Virus record (IMG/VR): IMGVR_UViG_3300027278_000011
Direction: 5' to 3' (one strand)
DNA: 64,000 nt
DNA from: an uncultured virus (IMG/VR IMGVR_UViG_3300027278_000011)
Lineage: Duplodnaviria; Heunggongvirae; Uroviricota; Caudoviricetes; Schitoviridae
Part shown: in pieces, positions 46,701 to 56,406 of the stretch
How the letters are laid out: each line of letters opens with the position of its first letter
How positions within the stretch are numbered: the stretch's first letter is position 1
Translations under genes and position numbers: made by a program
The notes under the pieces: model-generated
What the model was told of the DNA's origin: nothing
Database searches by the model: none
Seen by the model: only the letters and a program-made list of their open reading frames with translations

Positions 46701-49700
46701 TGAGGAATCTTCGTCGGTTACGCCTTCTGACACTTCTGTGACCACCTTGTTCGGTGAGACTGGTTCCGAAATTGATGGTGGCACTCTGCAAGATTTGGCC
46801 GCCCTATCGGAAGATGAGTACATCTCTAAGGTAAACCCTTCTGGTAAGCGCCTCGATTCTGCGTTTGAACTGGGTAACGGCCTGCAGAGTACCTATGCCG
46901 AAGAAGGTATCCCTATCCCTACTGATGCTGAAAAGATTGCTAGCAAGGATGGGGTTGATTACTTGTATGACAAAAATGGTTCGTTTATCGCCGTCAAAGA
47001 CGGAAAGGCCATTGGGTTCTACGGCATTCAATTTGGTGAAGTCATGGCTACCGTTCTCCCTGGTTACCGCAAGCAGGGGATCGCCAATGAGTTGGCCATG
47101 CACTTTTTCCGTAAATTCCCAATGGCTACCGCTGACGGCATGACCGTTGGTGGTGAGGCAACTCGTCGTAAAGTGTTTCGTGCCCTATCAGCCGAAGTCG
47201 CCAACTTCGTTGAGCAGGCTGCTAGTGTCAGCGAGTTGGGTGCGCGTGAACGTCTACTCGAAGGACAGAAGTTGCTGGATTCTCTTACAGAGGACTTGGA
47301 TGACGCTGGCGAGGCTGCTGTCGAAAACCTCTACTCGGATATGTTCAACGAGAACAATATCCGTGAAGCCTTCGCTCCTGTGCGTGCGCGTATTACTCGA
47401 CTGGCTTCCTCTGAGTTCGTGCAACGAATGGACGCCAAGATCAACGAGCTGGCTACCGATCAGGATCTGGCTTCTGAAGAAGCAGTGAGTATCCTGAAGT
47501 GGTTGGAAGGTTTGGCGGACAAGCAGGACGAATTGCAGTCCGATCTGTTTTTGGATGCTTTGTCAGGTGAGGATGCCGTAAAAGCAGTACCGACCACTAC
47601 CTCTTCTGGTAGTGGTATAGCTACGCTGTATCCAGACCTCTTCGGTGAAGACAACAACTTCATCAAGTCTTTCTCCCTACCAGAAGAGCAACTCACTCGT
47701 ACCATTGGTTCGGAAAACCCACTGTCCTTCATCATGGCTGGTCTGAAGAACAGTCTGACTCTGACTGATCTGATGGGCCGTGCCCCGAAGAAAGACTTCA
47801 ACAAGGACGTGGCTGCCGCATATCAAAACTACTTGGCTATGGGTGCCCAGATCCAAGAGAAGCTGAACGAAAATCTCCAGCAGTTCTTGGATGATCAGTA
47901 TTCCAGCAGGGTGGCTCCAACTCGTCGTGAGCTGATTCTGGGCAACCTGCCATTTGAGACCTCGACAGGCACCAAGTTGACTGGCGAGGATCTTGCTCGC
48001 CTGTCTGCTGGTAAGACCCTGAATATCACTGAAGTGAACGGGGATACCCTGACCTACAACGATGAGTTGGCACAGACCGCCATCCTTGCTGGTCTTCAGT
48101 GGTTGTTGACTGCTGACCAACGTGTAACTCAGTACGATGACACTGACATTGCTTCCATGACTGGCCTTGATGTTGAGGCCGTTACTGAACGCCTGATTAC
48201 CGATCTCAGTCGTGGTCTTGGTATGGCTGAAGCCAAACGTGCTTTGGCATCTAAGATCTCGCAATACTGGGGTCTGAAAGCCAAGAGCACTGGCCGTAAG
48301 GGCTACACCGAAGGTGTCCCTGAAGCCATGGCTGCGGAGATCCTGCGTGTGATGTTGGATAACGGTGTGATCCAACGAGAAGAAGTGACGATCACTGAAG
48401 CAGACGGCCTACCGCAATTGGACAGTGGTAAGCCCAATGTGAAGACCTTTGTGCGTCTGGTGCCCCCGGCACTGGAGAAGCCTTCCGCTACCTCCCTTGG
48501 TTCGCCTCTGCTGACCTACCCAACTGCCATTGAAGATGCAGTGATGGTGACGCCTGTTGAGCGTACTTATGTGGGTGACGGTGAGCTGCCTGAAGTGGCT
48601 ACCAAGCAATTGCGCAACCCGGACGTAGACAACACTGCACAGCAGAAGCAAGTCATAGAGAACGAGCAGAAGACTCCGTACTACGTGAACTCCCGCATGG
48701 TGAGCCTCTTCGCAGCACTGGGCCGGGACAACATCATTGCTCTCTTTGGTTCGCCTGAGAATGGCCGTGTGTTTAACACGAATCATGCCAAGTCTGTTGA
48801 AGGGCTGAATCGTGGGATCATTGCTGGCTTCGATCAACTGATGGGCACTGTGACTGAAGCTCAGGGTGTTGCTCGTGTGGCCGGGCAATCTGTGGAACAA
48901 GTGCCTATTCACTACGCATTCAACATGACTCGCGTGGCCCGTGCTCAGATGTTGGGTCGGTATAACCCACAGTCCAACAAGTTGGTGCGTGAAGCCATTC
49001 TGCCTACTCGTGCCACTCTGAACATGAACACTCGTCAGGGCTACAATAACCTTATGCTGGGTGTTGCTCAGGCACTTGGCATCTCGGTTCACAAGATGCA
49101 CCACAAGGATGCCATTGCTAAGGCTGAAGCCATGGTCTCTGGCACTGGTGCTTTGGCTGAAGTGCGTACCCTGCTGGGTGACTTCCTTACTGCGTACAGT
49201 GTTCCGACTGATGCCAACATTTCTGACATTCCGGCCTCTCCTGATCTGACTGCCAAGATCCAAGCTGCATTCGCCAAAGCAAAAGAACCTGTTTCTCCTG
49301 TGGCTCTACATGCCCTGATGGAACTGGCATGGCTGGACAAGCAGGATGCCCGTGGCCGTGCCCAGTTCCAAACTTCTATGTATCTGGAAGCGGATGGGAT
49401 CACCAACGGCCCAATCAATGCCATGGTGCTCTTGGCTCAAGGCGCATTCACATCTGATTGGGTACGTAACGTGGCCCGTGGTGGTCTGTTCTTTGGTCGT
49501 GGCCAGATGACCTCCAACGAGCAGTACGCTGACTTTGACAAGAATGACCTGTACCAGACTTCCACTGACAAGCTGAAAGAGCTGATGGCTGATCTACGGG
49601 GTGAGCTGGCAGGCAATCCTATAGGTGAAGAGCAGATGAATAACCTGCTGTCCCTGATGGATATCTTCATCCCTGATCTGGAATACCAAGGTGGTGTCCT

Positions 49701-52700
49701 AACCCTGAAGCGTGGCATTGCCAAGAACCCACTCACCATCACCATCTACGGCTCTGGTGAAGCCGGTATCGCCAACAAACTGGTCAGCATCCTGACTGAT
49801 GCCATCTACGAACGCATGAGTCTGCTGGCTGAAGCCCGTGCAGTGAACCCACAAGCTACCGTGGCTGATGCCATGTTCGATGGCGATGTGATTGCTGCTC
49901 AAGTGTTTGGCACTAGCTTGTCGAAATTGATTACGAACAGGGCAGTTAGAACCAAGAAGGAAGGCTTGATCTTTGAGAGAAATGTCTCTTCTCGTGGTAA
50001 CGCTCAGGTAGATGCAGAGAACTTCACTTTCAATCGTATTGAGCTTGAAAACCTACGCTCCAACATGCGTCACCTGATGGTCGTTCCTATGCGGCAAGCC
50101 ATTGATTCGACCGTGGACGAAAGCACCATGTCGTCTGCCACCTTGATCCGTCAGGCTACTCAGGTGCAGTCGATCATTCTGGAAAGCGTCTTCAAGCAAG
50201 AAGTACAGAAGGTGACTGATCGTCTGGCTCAGTCTGATAAGTGGCGGAGTCAGGATTTCCTGTCTCAGTCTGAGCTGAACCGCATCAAGAAGAACATGGC
50301 TCACCTGTCGCCGTTCATCAAAACGCCGACTCAGACTTTCTACATTGCTGGTTCACAAGCTGTTGATCTGGATGGTCTGCGGTATGGGGAAGCTCTGAAC
50401 GGCACTCTTGAAACTCCAGCTGCTGTAAATGGCCCGGTCAATTCTGGTGTGGCAGGCATCCCGTTCTTGGTCATTGGTTCCGGGGATGCACAGATGATGC
50501 AGAACATCTCTGTTGATCCGAATTCACCTACTGGCACTCTCAAGATCTTCGATGGTATGAACATGCCGTTGGATCAGATCGAAAATGGCTCTGCGGTGGC
50601 CAATAAAGCAGTATGGGATAGCTGGATGGGCAATCCCCTCAAAGCCGTACACACCAGCTACAGTGCCTTCCTCAAGGATGCCCCTTTGGGCAACTACGAT
50701 GAGGCCACTCGTGCTGCATTGACCCGTGCTCTGATGCCACCTCAGATGTGGAAGCAGAAGGTGTCTGACGCTGCTCTACAAGAAGCCATGGAGAATGTAC
50801 TAACCAATCTGAACAATGCTCAGATATCGGTTGAAGCACGTCACCGTGCCATGGCTCGGGTGCAGGTGTCGGTTGACCAGATGGCTGCTGGTGCTACTCC
50901 GCACTTCCGTGAAGGTAATGAGGCGGATGCAATCCCTGCCGGGTACAACGAGGAGCAAGTCACCACTCACCTGAACCTGTTGTACGCAGAGGAATTGGCC
51001 AAGCTACGTGCTGAGCCTGTGGCAACTGATCGACTGACCAAGGAGATTATCGACCTTGGCACCAAGCATGAATCTGGTGTCTACGAGTTCAACTCCACCG
51101 ACATCCGTAATATCTCCAAGCAGTTCAAGCTGCCCGAAGGACAAGACGGTGTGCTGCGTGATGTCGTGTCTTCCTTGGCTGCCAAGGGTTACACAATGGT
51201 GGTCGGCCCAGCTGCTAACATTCGCAAGTACATCAAGGACACTGGTTCGGTTGGTACTGGTGATCGTCAGGTCGATGGTGAGATCAAGGGCTTCACCAAC
51301 ATCGGTGAGAAGAAGATCTACTCCCTGAACCCGTCCACTGAAACGATGGTTCACGAGCTGGTGCATGCTGCCACCTTCGAAACCATTCTGGCTTTCTTCA
51401 ACGGTGACGCTCTACATCCTGCGACCAAAGCTGCAGTGAAACGCATTGGGGTGCTGATGGATCAGTTCCTGAATATGGAGGGTGAGCTGGTGCAGCCGAA
51501 TGCTGCTCTGCAACAGGCGTACAACGACGCTGTTGCTGCAATCAAGAGTTGGCAAAACGACCGTGGCCTACCTACTGCTGAGCGAAATGCCGGTGCTCTC
51601 AACGAGTTCATGGCCTGGAACTTGTCCAATCAGGAACTGATTCGCTTGGGTCAACGTACCCAGGCCAGCAAACTGGCCCGCATTGTCCACTCTGTACTGA
51701 AAGCGGTGCGCTCCCTGTTCTGGGGTAAGCATCGTGTGCCCACCCCGGCCAAGGACATGTTCACCAATCTGCGTTTCAACTCCGCGATCATCATGCGGAG
51801 CAACCCGACTACTGCCCAACGGTTCGTGTCCGGTGTGACCTTCCAGAACAGCCAGTACGGCAACAATGACCGTCTGAGCGAGATCAACAAAGCGTTCAAC
51901 ACCAGTGTTGCACGCTATCTCGGCACCACTGTTCAGCAAGGTGAAGTGGCACCATCCGATGCCGTGGACACTGGCATCCTGAACTCGCTGCGTGTGGCCG
52001 ATTCGTTCCAAGCCAATGGGTTCGTGATGACTCAACAGGAGGCCACCACCTTCAAGAGCATCGTGGCTGCCCTGTCCACTGAAGCCGCACTGGATAGCAA
52101 TGCACTCACCTTGGCTCAGAAGCTGTATGCCCATGTGACCAAGCAGCTCAAGGTTGAGCATTTCATGCAGGATGCAGAAAGCACCAACCCGGCTGATCGT
52201 TACTACGCACAGCGCAAATTTGACAGCATCATGGGCACCAATCTGGTGGAGGCAGACCTGAAAGGCCGCTCCACTCTGATGCCTGCTTTCTTGGCTCTGG
52301 CCACTGTTAATGATGAGTTCCGGGCTGTGCTGGCTGAGATGGACATGCCTGCTTCCCTGAAGATGGAAGAGCGTTCTGTGGATGCTGCACTGACCAACAC
52401 TGGTCGTCGCATGATGGACTCTCTGGGCAACCGCATGGCTGGTGTCACCAGTGCCAGCAAGAATGTGCAGCAAGCCATTGATGCCTTGCAGAACCACATC
52501 GCAGATCAAGTCCAGAATCGTGAGATGTTCATCGACCAACTGGCCAGCAAAGCTGGACGTGGTGTTGATCGGGCGAACGAAATCATCGTGGAGAAGGCCA
52601 GCCGTTTGGCTGAAGTCGTGGGTGCCAAAGGTGATGCACTGAACCAAGATGGCCGCAACCTTGTGACCCGCTCGATTGGTGCCAGTGCTCAAGCTCTTAG

Positions 52701-55197
52701 CATCCTGACTTCCAATGAGCGTGCTGAGTTCGCAGCTCAGGGTGTGACTGAGGCCATGAACCAAGTGAACGGATTTGCTCCTATCCGAGCACTGTTGAAT
52801 GACTTTGTTGGTCGTACTATGTCGAATGCCGGAGTCTATGACCTGATCAAAGGTGTTCGGTCGATGGTGCAACAAGCTCGTCAGCAGTTCCGTGAAGATC
52901 TGCCGCAGACCATTGCAAGTAAGTTCAGCCGAGAGCTGACCAAACAAGAATGGGCCAGCCTGTTCCGTGGTATCGGAAAGACTGACCTGGCTTCTCTGCG
53001 TAGTCACTTCAATAATGCGGACATCCGCAGCATGTTGTCTGATGCTTCTAACCTGCAGAACCGTGTGTCTACCCTGGAGACCTACATTCAGAATGTAGAT
53101 CCAACACACTTTGCTCTGTATCAGGAGAAGATGGCGCAACTTGCCACCTACATGAATACTGGTGTCCCCGGTCGTAACCTGCTGCGTAATGCTGAAGCTA
53201 TTGCTCGTTTGCTCAATGAGAACACTCAAGACAACTTCTTCACCAAAGATGCAGACTTCGTTGCTGCTGTAGACCAACTCGTTACCATGTATGCACTGCA
53301 AGACTTGTCTCAAGCAGACAAAGATGTGCTTGTGGCGATGGTTCGTAGTGAAGCAACTGGCCTGGACTTCGCTGTTGACTACCTCGTGGGGCAACGTAAA
53401 GAAGAACAGAGCAAGATGTCTCCTGCTGCTGCACTGAACCACTACAAAGGACACATTCCGCAGGAGAACGCTCCTGGCGTCAGCATGATGATTGGTGGCC
53501 CGCGTAACCACGCTAAGCTGCTGAGCAAAAGCTACGTCCGTGTTGGAAACTACAAGGGTGGTACTGCCGAGCGTCTGCGTAATAAGGATCTGGGCTACTA
53601 CTTTGCTCCGGTGGCTGCTCGTGCTGCTTTTGAGCAAGGCATCATGCAGAACGTCCGTCAGTCGGTGTCCGGTGTAGACGCCAACACTGGCTATTCCCTG
53701 GTTCCTACCGCTGGCCGTGTGACCGAACCAACCAAGGTTCGTATCCTGGCCCGTTCCATGAAGACTGACCGCACTCAGGCTGAAGCCCTGCTGCCAGTGT
53801 TTGATATGAACGGCAATGTGATTGCTGTAGAGCGTTCTCTTGATCCGGTGGTCATGGAACGTGTTGCCGGTGAACAGCATCTAGCCAATGCCATCGGTGT
53901 GTGGCGTGGCCGTCAGCACGAAGAAGCAACTGCTGGTGAGTACAACCGTACTTTGGTGGATCGTTTGAAAGAGGTGTTCGATGCTGACATGGCCAAGTCC
54001 CGTTCCAACAGCAGCCAGTACATTGATCTCTTTGGTTCCATCGAAGATCCAGTGATTGCTGATGCTGTGAGCCTCATGTCTCCGGAAACTCGTGCCTACG
54101 TGCAGGAGGTATTTGGCCCAGAGTTCATGGTTCGTAAGGATATGTTGCTGGATGTAATGGGTGAGCGTCAGGCTACTGTGGGTGATGCCTGGACTGGCAA
54201 TACTCGCTGGTCTGAAACAACTCAAGCCACTGTGCGTGAACTGGCCCAGTCGTTATTTGGCAACAAGGCATACCAATACTTTGTCAACAGCGAACGTGCT
54301 GTGCAGGGTCTGGTAAGTGACATGCGTACTCTGATCGTGATCAAGTCGGTGGTGGTTCCCATGACTAACCTGATGTCGAACATGTACCAGCTTGCTAGCC
54401 GTGGCGTTCCGCTGAAGAACATCGTGCGTGGGATGCCCCGTAAGGTGGCTGAAGTGGACAGCTACGTCAGCAGCCGTCGTCGTCAGATCCAAGTGGAGGC
54501 AGAACTGCGGGCTGCTGTGGGCAACGTGGTTGCTGAGCGTCGTCTGAATGCTGAATGGCAGTCGATCCAAGATGGCCACAAGCGTCTGAGCATCTGGCCG
54601 TTGATACAGGCGGGTGAGTTCTCCAGCATCTCGGATGCTCAGGTATCCCGTGAGGATCTGGAACTGACCAAGGGCCGTCTGGCTGAGTACATCGAAGGTG
54701 CGGTCAGCAAGCTGCCTGCTCCGATTGCCACCCTGGGTCGCTATGGTCTGATCACCAAGGACACTGCACTGTTCAAAGGGCTGCAGAAGTCGGTGGAGTA
54801 CGGTGACTTCCTGGCCAAAGCAATCCTGTTCGATGATCTGACCAAGCGTAAGCAGATGAGCAAGAAGGAAGCACTGGGGCGCATCACTGAGGAGTTCGTG
54901 AACTACGACCGCCTCTCTGGACGCTTCCGGGCCACTCTGGAGAATCTTGGTCTTCTCTGGTTCTACAACTTCAAGTTGCGGATCACCAAGGTTGCCCTGA
55001 GTACCATCCGGAACAATCCGTTGCATGCTCTGTTGGCTACTGCTGCACCGGCCCCAGAACTCTTCGGTTCGGTGGGTCTGCCGACGCAGGACAACATCTT
55101 CGCCAAACTGGCCGATGGCAGTCTGGACTTCTCAATGGGGCCGGGCCAGGGCATGAATGCTCCGGGTCTGAACCCTTGGATGAATCTGGTGCAGTAA
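43756..55197 (+). CDS. Virion-encapsidated RNA polymerase (N4 gp50-like, 3813 aa)
   Basis: NMTRVARAQM, motif A LEADGITNG, motif B KRGIAKNPLTITIYG, motif C KIFDG. No Cys seen. Contains HELVH and a GNAT-like insert. Confidence 0.97.
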   Translation: MADLNDLLSQAAGTPSTQPSMSLLDEKKAAVSMAADEKKASMGGTGLSDYDMATGRMYGRVPQNVSDVERDLMTMDASNLYGKYGSAASELLAQRNAANRQVTQDATSDWNGTLSQVGTDVNDLVSGYGLALGSLAALGVGLVNDDAGTAMASGLADASKWANSLQSDERQGRRNVAESLNRLDARDIQAQMEKDVETDGELMASLKAIGRQAYSAVSNATEDDTNLIGGSIQALGSLLAAGPVTKGLKAVGGLAVANNTGRATVLAAEMGNPAARAAVTMAENAPVLTAIGGLEAGGAYQQITSDVMGRDFDTLYAESPQFRELVDGGMEPADAQIQVASDAGKMAAAITAPIAAATGTLVRGFEANPLARTNASQMLSNLFREPVEEAIQGGTSQLAQNYSESKTANENQELVENVGRQIGEGALYSVGSTAVTQIPNAAAQVASTASKTAMGALRANAESRNKANEATSPVSDETVAAAVVEATANAAQDEQAMHQAVASMEGTDEQKDRASTYVNTVMDSIKFNEDDLLAISPSAQIRSALVGSKNRLEAVQRLTDMVASTEPASPEHLRAGFALYEMLGPLQNALESNSEQADAVLPDSPVGKVLAGYEAVLTGIQNSPKVLQALQQMQAAVERRAAQPTAEITDATIETTVGQQAAQDTIDIAQVAPDKASLRATEQVLFQVSQGKLQVTPQQKAALDSTVALLRAAQAADAEAAQLGLSDKTSKVTRNIQSEDSEKGESALQHSQGIMSAWKAGNFDLARDRLVHLGELVQHMKNKVSALNTHVLAGNSNASGLQYQALTSDRKWVPSNLKMFVNFGSKKSIQQAQQIGSDATFLANVFNGLTTAFPNLGVPHVDVTPLDSSLNASADEILSAYKASRAKAPTVDATTTVPVETSTQTGYESLSDEELNAQLNNAFDAVRADPRDRQTRTIFDALDEEMTRREDIAAAQNQLEEEEGRVLLEAQQAAKPAPAPVTEESSSVTPSDTSVTTLFGETGSEIDGGTLQDLAALSEDEYISKVNPSGKRLDSAFELGNGLQSTYAEEGIPIPTDAEKIASKDGVDYLYDKNGSFIAVKDGKAIGFYGIQFGEVMATVLPGYRKQGIANELAMHFFRKFPMATADGMTVGGEATRRKVFRALSAEVANFVEQAASVSELGARERLLEGQKLLDSLTEDLDDAGEAAVENLYSDMFNENNIREAFAPVRARITRLASSEFVQRMDAKINELATDQDLASEEAVSILKWLEGLADKQDELQSDLFLDALSGEDAVKAVPTTTSSGSGIATLYPDLFGEDNNFIKSFSLPEEQLTRTIGSENPLSFIMAGLKNSLTLTDLMGRAPKKDFNKDVAAAYQNYLAMGAQIQEKLNENLQQFLDDQYSSRVAPTRRELILGNLPFETSTGTKLTGEDLARLSAGKTLNITEVNGDTLTYNDELAQTAILAGLQWLLTADQRVTQYDDTDIASMTGLDVEAVTERLITDLSRGLGMAEAKRALASKISQYWGLKAKSTGRKGYTEGVPEAMAAEILRVMLDNGVIQREEVTITEADGLPQLDSGKPNVKTFVRLVPPALEKPSATSLGSPLLTYPTAIEDAVMVTPVERTYVGDGELPEVATKQLRNPDVDNTAQQKQVIENEQKTPYYVNSRMVSLFAALGRDNIIALFGSPENGRVFNTNHAKSVEGLNRGIIAGFDQLMGTVTEAQGVARVAGQSVEQVPIHYAFNMTRVARAQMLGRYNPQSNKLVREAILPTRATLNMNTRQGYNNLMLGVAQALGISVHKMHHKDAIAKAEAMVSGTGALAEVRTLLGDFLTAYSVPTDANISDIPASPDLTAKIQAAFAKAKEPVSPVALHALMELAWLDKQDARGRAQFQTSMYLEADGITNGPINAMVLLAQGAFTSDWVRNVARGGLFFGRGQMTSNEQYADFDKNDLYQTSTDKLKELMADLRGELAGNPIGEEQMNNLLSLMDIFIPDLEYQGGVLTLKRGIAKNPLTITIYGSGEAGIANKLVSILTDAIYERMSLLAEARAVNPQATVADAMFDGDVIAAQVFGTSLSKLITNRAVRTKKEGLIFERNVSSRGNAQVDAENFTFNRIELENLRSNMRHLMVVPMRQAIDSTVDESTMSSATLIRQATQVQSIILESVFKQEVQKVTDRLAQSDKWRSQDFLSQSELNRIKKNMAHLSPFIKTPTQTFYIAGSQAVDLDGLRYGEALNGTLETPAAVNGPVNSGVAGIPFLVIGSGDAQMMQNISVDPNSPTGTLKIFDGMNMPLDQIENGSAVANKAVWDSWMGNPLKAVHTSYSAFLKDAPLGNYDEATRAALTRALMPPQMWKQKVSDAALQEAMENVLTNLNNAQISVEARHRAMARVQVSVDQMAAGATPHFREGNEADAIPAGYNEEQVTTHLNLLYAEELAKLRAEPVATDRLTKEIIDLGTKHESGVYEFNSTDIRNISKQFKLPEGQDGVLRDVVSSLAAKGYTMVVGPAANIRKYIKDTGSVGTGDRQVDGEIKGFTNIGEKKIYSLNPSTETMVHELVHAATFETILAFFNGDALHPATKAAVKRIGVLMDQFLNMEGELVQPNAALQQAYNDAVAAIKSWQNDRGLPTAERNAGALNEFMAWNLSNQELIRLGQRTQASKLARIVHSVLKAVRSLFWGKHRVPTPAKDMFTNLRFNSAIIMRSNPTTAQRFVSGVTFQNSQYGNNDRLSEINKAFNTSVARYLGTTVQQGEVAPSDAVDTGILNSLRVADSFQANGFVMTQQEATTFKSIVAALSTEAALDSNALTLAQKLYAHVTKQLKVEHFMQDAESTNPADRYYAQRKFDSIMGTNLVEADLKGRSTLMPAFLALATVNDEFRAVLAEMDMPASLKMEERSVDAALTNTGRRMMDSLGNRMAGVTSASKNVQQAIDALQNHIADQVQNREMFIDQLASKAGRGVDRANEIIVEKASRLAEVVGAKGDALNQDGRNLVTRSIGASAQALSILTSNERAEFAAQGVTEAMNQVNGFAPIRALLNDFVGRTMSNAGVYDLIKGVRSMVQQARQQFREDLPQTIASKFSRELTKQEWASLFRGIGKTDLASLRSHFNNADIRSMLSDASNLQNRVSTLETYIQNVDPTHFALYQEKMAQLATYMNTGVPGRNLLRNAEAIARLLNENTQDNFFTKDADFVAAVDQLVTMYALQDLSQADKDVLVAMVRSEATGLDFAVDYLVGQRKEEQSKMSPAAALNHYKGHIPQENAPGVSMMIGGPRNHAKLLSKSYVRVGNYKGGTAERLRNKDLGYYFAPVAARAAFEQGIMQNVRQSVSGVDANTGYSLVPTAGRVTEPTKVRILARSMKTDRTQAEALLPVFDMNGNVIAVERSLDPVVMERVAGEQHLANAIGVWRGRQHEEATAGEYNRTLVDRLKEVFDADMAKSRSNSSQYIDLFGSIEDPVIADAVSLMSPETRAYVQEVFGPEFMVRKDMLLDVMGERQATVGDAWTGNTRWSETTQATVRELAQSLFGNKAYQYFVNSERAVQGLVSDMRTLIVIKSVVVPMTNLMSNMYQLASRGVPLKNIVRGMPRKVAEVDSYVSSRRRQIQVEAELRAAVGNVVAERRLNAEWQSIQDGHKRLSIWPLIQAGEFSSISDAQVSREDLELTKGRLAEYIEGAVSKLPAPIATLGRYGLITKDTALFKGLQKSVEYGDFLAKAILFDDLTKRKQMSKKEALGRITEEFVNYDRLSGRFRATLENLGLLWFYNFKLRITKVALSTIRNNPLHALLATAAPAPELFGSVGLPTQDNIFAKLADGSLDFSMGPGQGMNAPGLNPWMNLVQ

Positions 55198-55202
55198 GTA
55201 CG

Positions 55203-55229
55203 AAAAGCCCCCAATCAAGGGGGCTTTTT
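55203..55229. terminator. Bidirectional terminator between convergent transcription units
   Basis: AAAAGCCCCC-AATCAA-GGGGGCTTTT. Confidence 0.85.
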
Positions 55230-55391
55230 GTCGTCATCGTCGGGGAAATCAACATCTCGGTACACCCAGATGATGAACCCCAACACCAGGACTACTGCTA
55301 TCGCTGGTGCTGCTGAGATGATGGCCGAGGCAACTGCCCCGACCAGCACTACAACAAGGAACCCTCGTAGCAGGATTCCTTGCAGCGACAT
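55215..55391 (-). CDS. 58-aa two-TM membrane protein (absent from ORF track)
   Basis: Translated by hand: MSLQGILLRGFLVVVLVGAVASAIISAAPAIAVVLVLGFIIWVYRDVDFPDDDDKKPP. TGATG overlap. Confidence 0.65.
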   Translation of the reverse strand: MSLQGILLRGFLVVVLVGAVASAIISAAPAIAVVLVLGFIIWVYRDVDFPDDDDKKPP

Positions 55392-55819
55392 CAGTTCTGA
55401 GGCTTGCTGAGGCCCGAGAACAGGGACTTACGAGGGGCTTTTTCGGTAGTAGCTGCGCTTTCAGCTTCGTCCTGAATAGGTTCCTGCCCTTCAGCTTCGC
55501 TGCCCTGTTCTCCTACCTGCTCGGCATCGTCAGCTTCCGCTTCGGCTACCGATTCAGCAACAGGCTCAGGCTCGGCTTTTGCCGAGGTGGCAGTAGTTTT
55601 CACCGATTCCGGTTTAGCCGCGATTTCACCAGAGGTACGGCTACCGCGAGTAGCTTTCGGCTTTTGCGGAACGATGTCGATGATGGCAGTGGTGCCTTCT
55701 TCGCCACGGGTGGCCTTGAGCTGGATCTCGATCTCCATGCCATCCTTCACCGACATGATGTCGTTGATGTAGTTCTTCAGAGCCTGTTCGATCTCAGACT
55801 GGATCAGGGTGATTTGCAT
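55391..55819 (-). CDS. Conserved protein with acidic tail (N4 gp47-like)
   Basis: MQITLIQSEIEQALKNYI..ATRG; C-terminal RKSLF. Confidence 0.7.
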   Translation of the reverse strand: MQITLIQSEIEQALKNYINDIMSVKDGMEIEIQLKATRGEEGTTAIIDIVPQKPKATRGSRTSGEIAAKPESVKTTATSAKAEPEPVAESVAEAEADDAEQVGEQGSEAEGQEPIQDEAESAATTEKAPRKSLFSGLSKPQN

Positions 55820-55828
55820 TGCATTTCC

Positions 55829-56401
55829 TCAGCGCAGAATGCGCAGTAAATTCTGAAATATGGGGGTGGACACCCCCGCATGTATTGCTGCTAGGGCATC
55901 GGCAACGTGTTCTGCTTCGTTCATCAGGTCTCCCTTTTTGAACTTGGCACCATTCTTGGCATGGCGAGGCCATTCGACTGTGGGGTAGAACTCAACCCCG
56001 GCGTCGATCATCTGTTGTTTGGTGGCGTTCTTGTTGCCTGTGAACGCCAGCTTCACTTCAGTTGCTGTGACCTCGATGATCTGGATACCCTCGGCACGAA
56101 GCGTACCGAGGATGCCACAGACCACACCATAGGCTTTCATGCCACTGGCATTTTGGGAGCCAACTGGAACTTCTACGAAGATGGCTTTGCAGCGACGACC
56201 AACTTCAAGTGCCTTTCTGGCCAGCTCCTCGCAACGGCGGAGATCATCCGAGTTGGTTCGCACTTGTTTGTGCTTGCCTTTGTCGGTGGAGACAACCTCC
56301 AGCCGTACACCGTTGAGATACCCCGTCTCCAGGTCTAATTGACCTTCAGCAATCCCCCAGTTGGTAAGGCTGGGGTCGAAGCCTGCGACGGGGATCAGCA
56401 T
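55829..56401 (-). CDS. RuvC-like Holliday junction resolvase
   Basis: GFDPSLTNWG, FVEVP, VKLAFTG..ATKQQM, EHVADALA. Confidence 0.88.
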   Translation of the reverse strand: MLIPVAGFDPSLTNWGIAEGQLDLETGYLNGVRLEVVSTDKGKHKQVRTNSDDLRRCEELARKALEVGRRCKAIFVEVPVGSQNASGMKAYGVVCGILGTLRAEGIQIIEVTATEVKLAFTGNKNATKQQMIDAGVEFYPTVEWPRHAKNGAKFKKGDLMNEAEHVADALAAIHAGVSTPIFQNLLRILR

Positions 56402-56406
56402 GGCTT

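Noticed and set aside
51568..53880. 770-aa antisense ORF and similar long shadow ORFs (e.g. 24004-25290, 35428-36666, 3673-4674)
   Set aside because: Antisense shadows of strongly codon-biased genes, with no motifs or SD.
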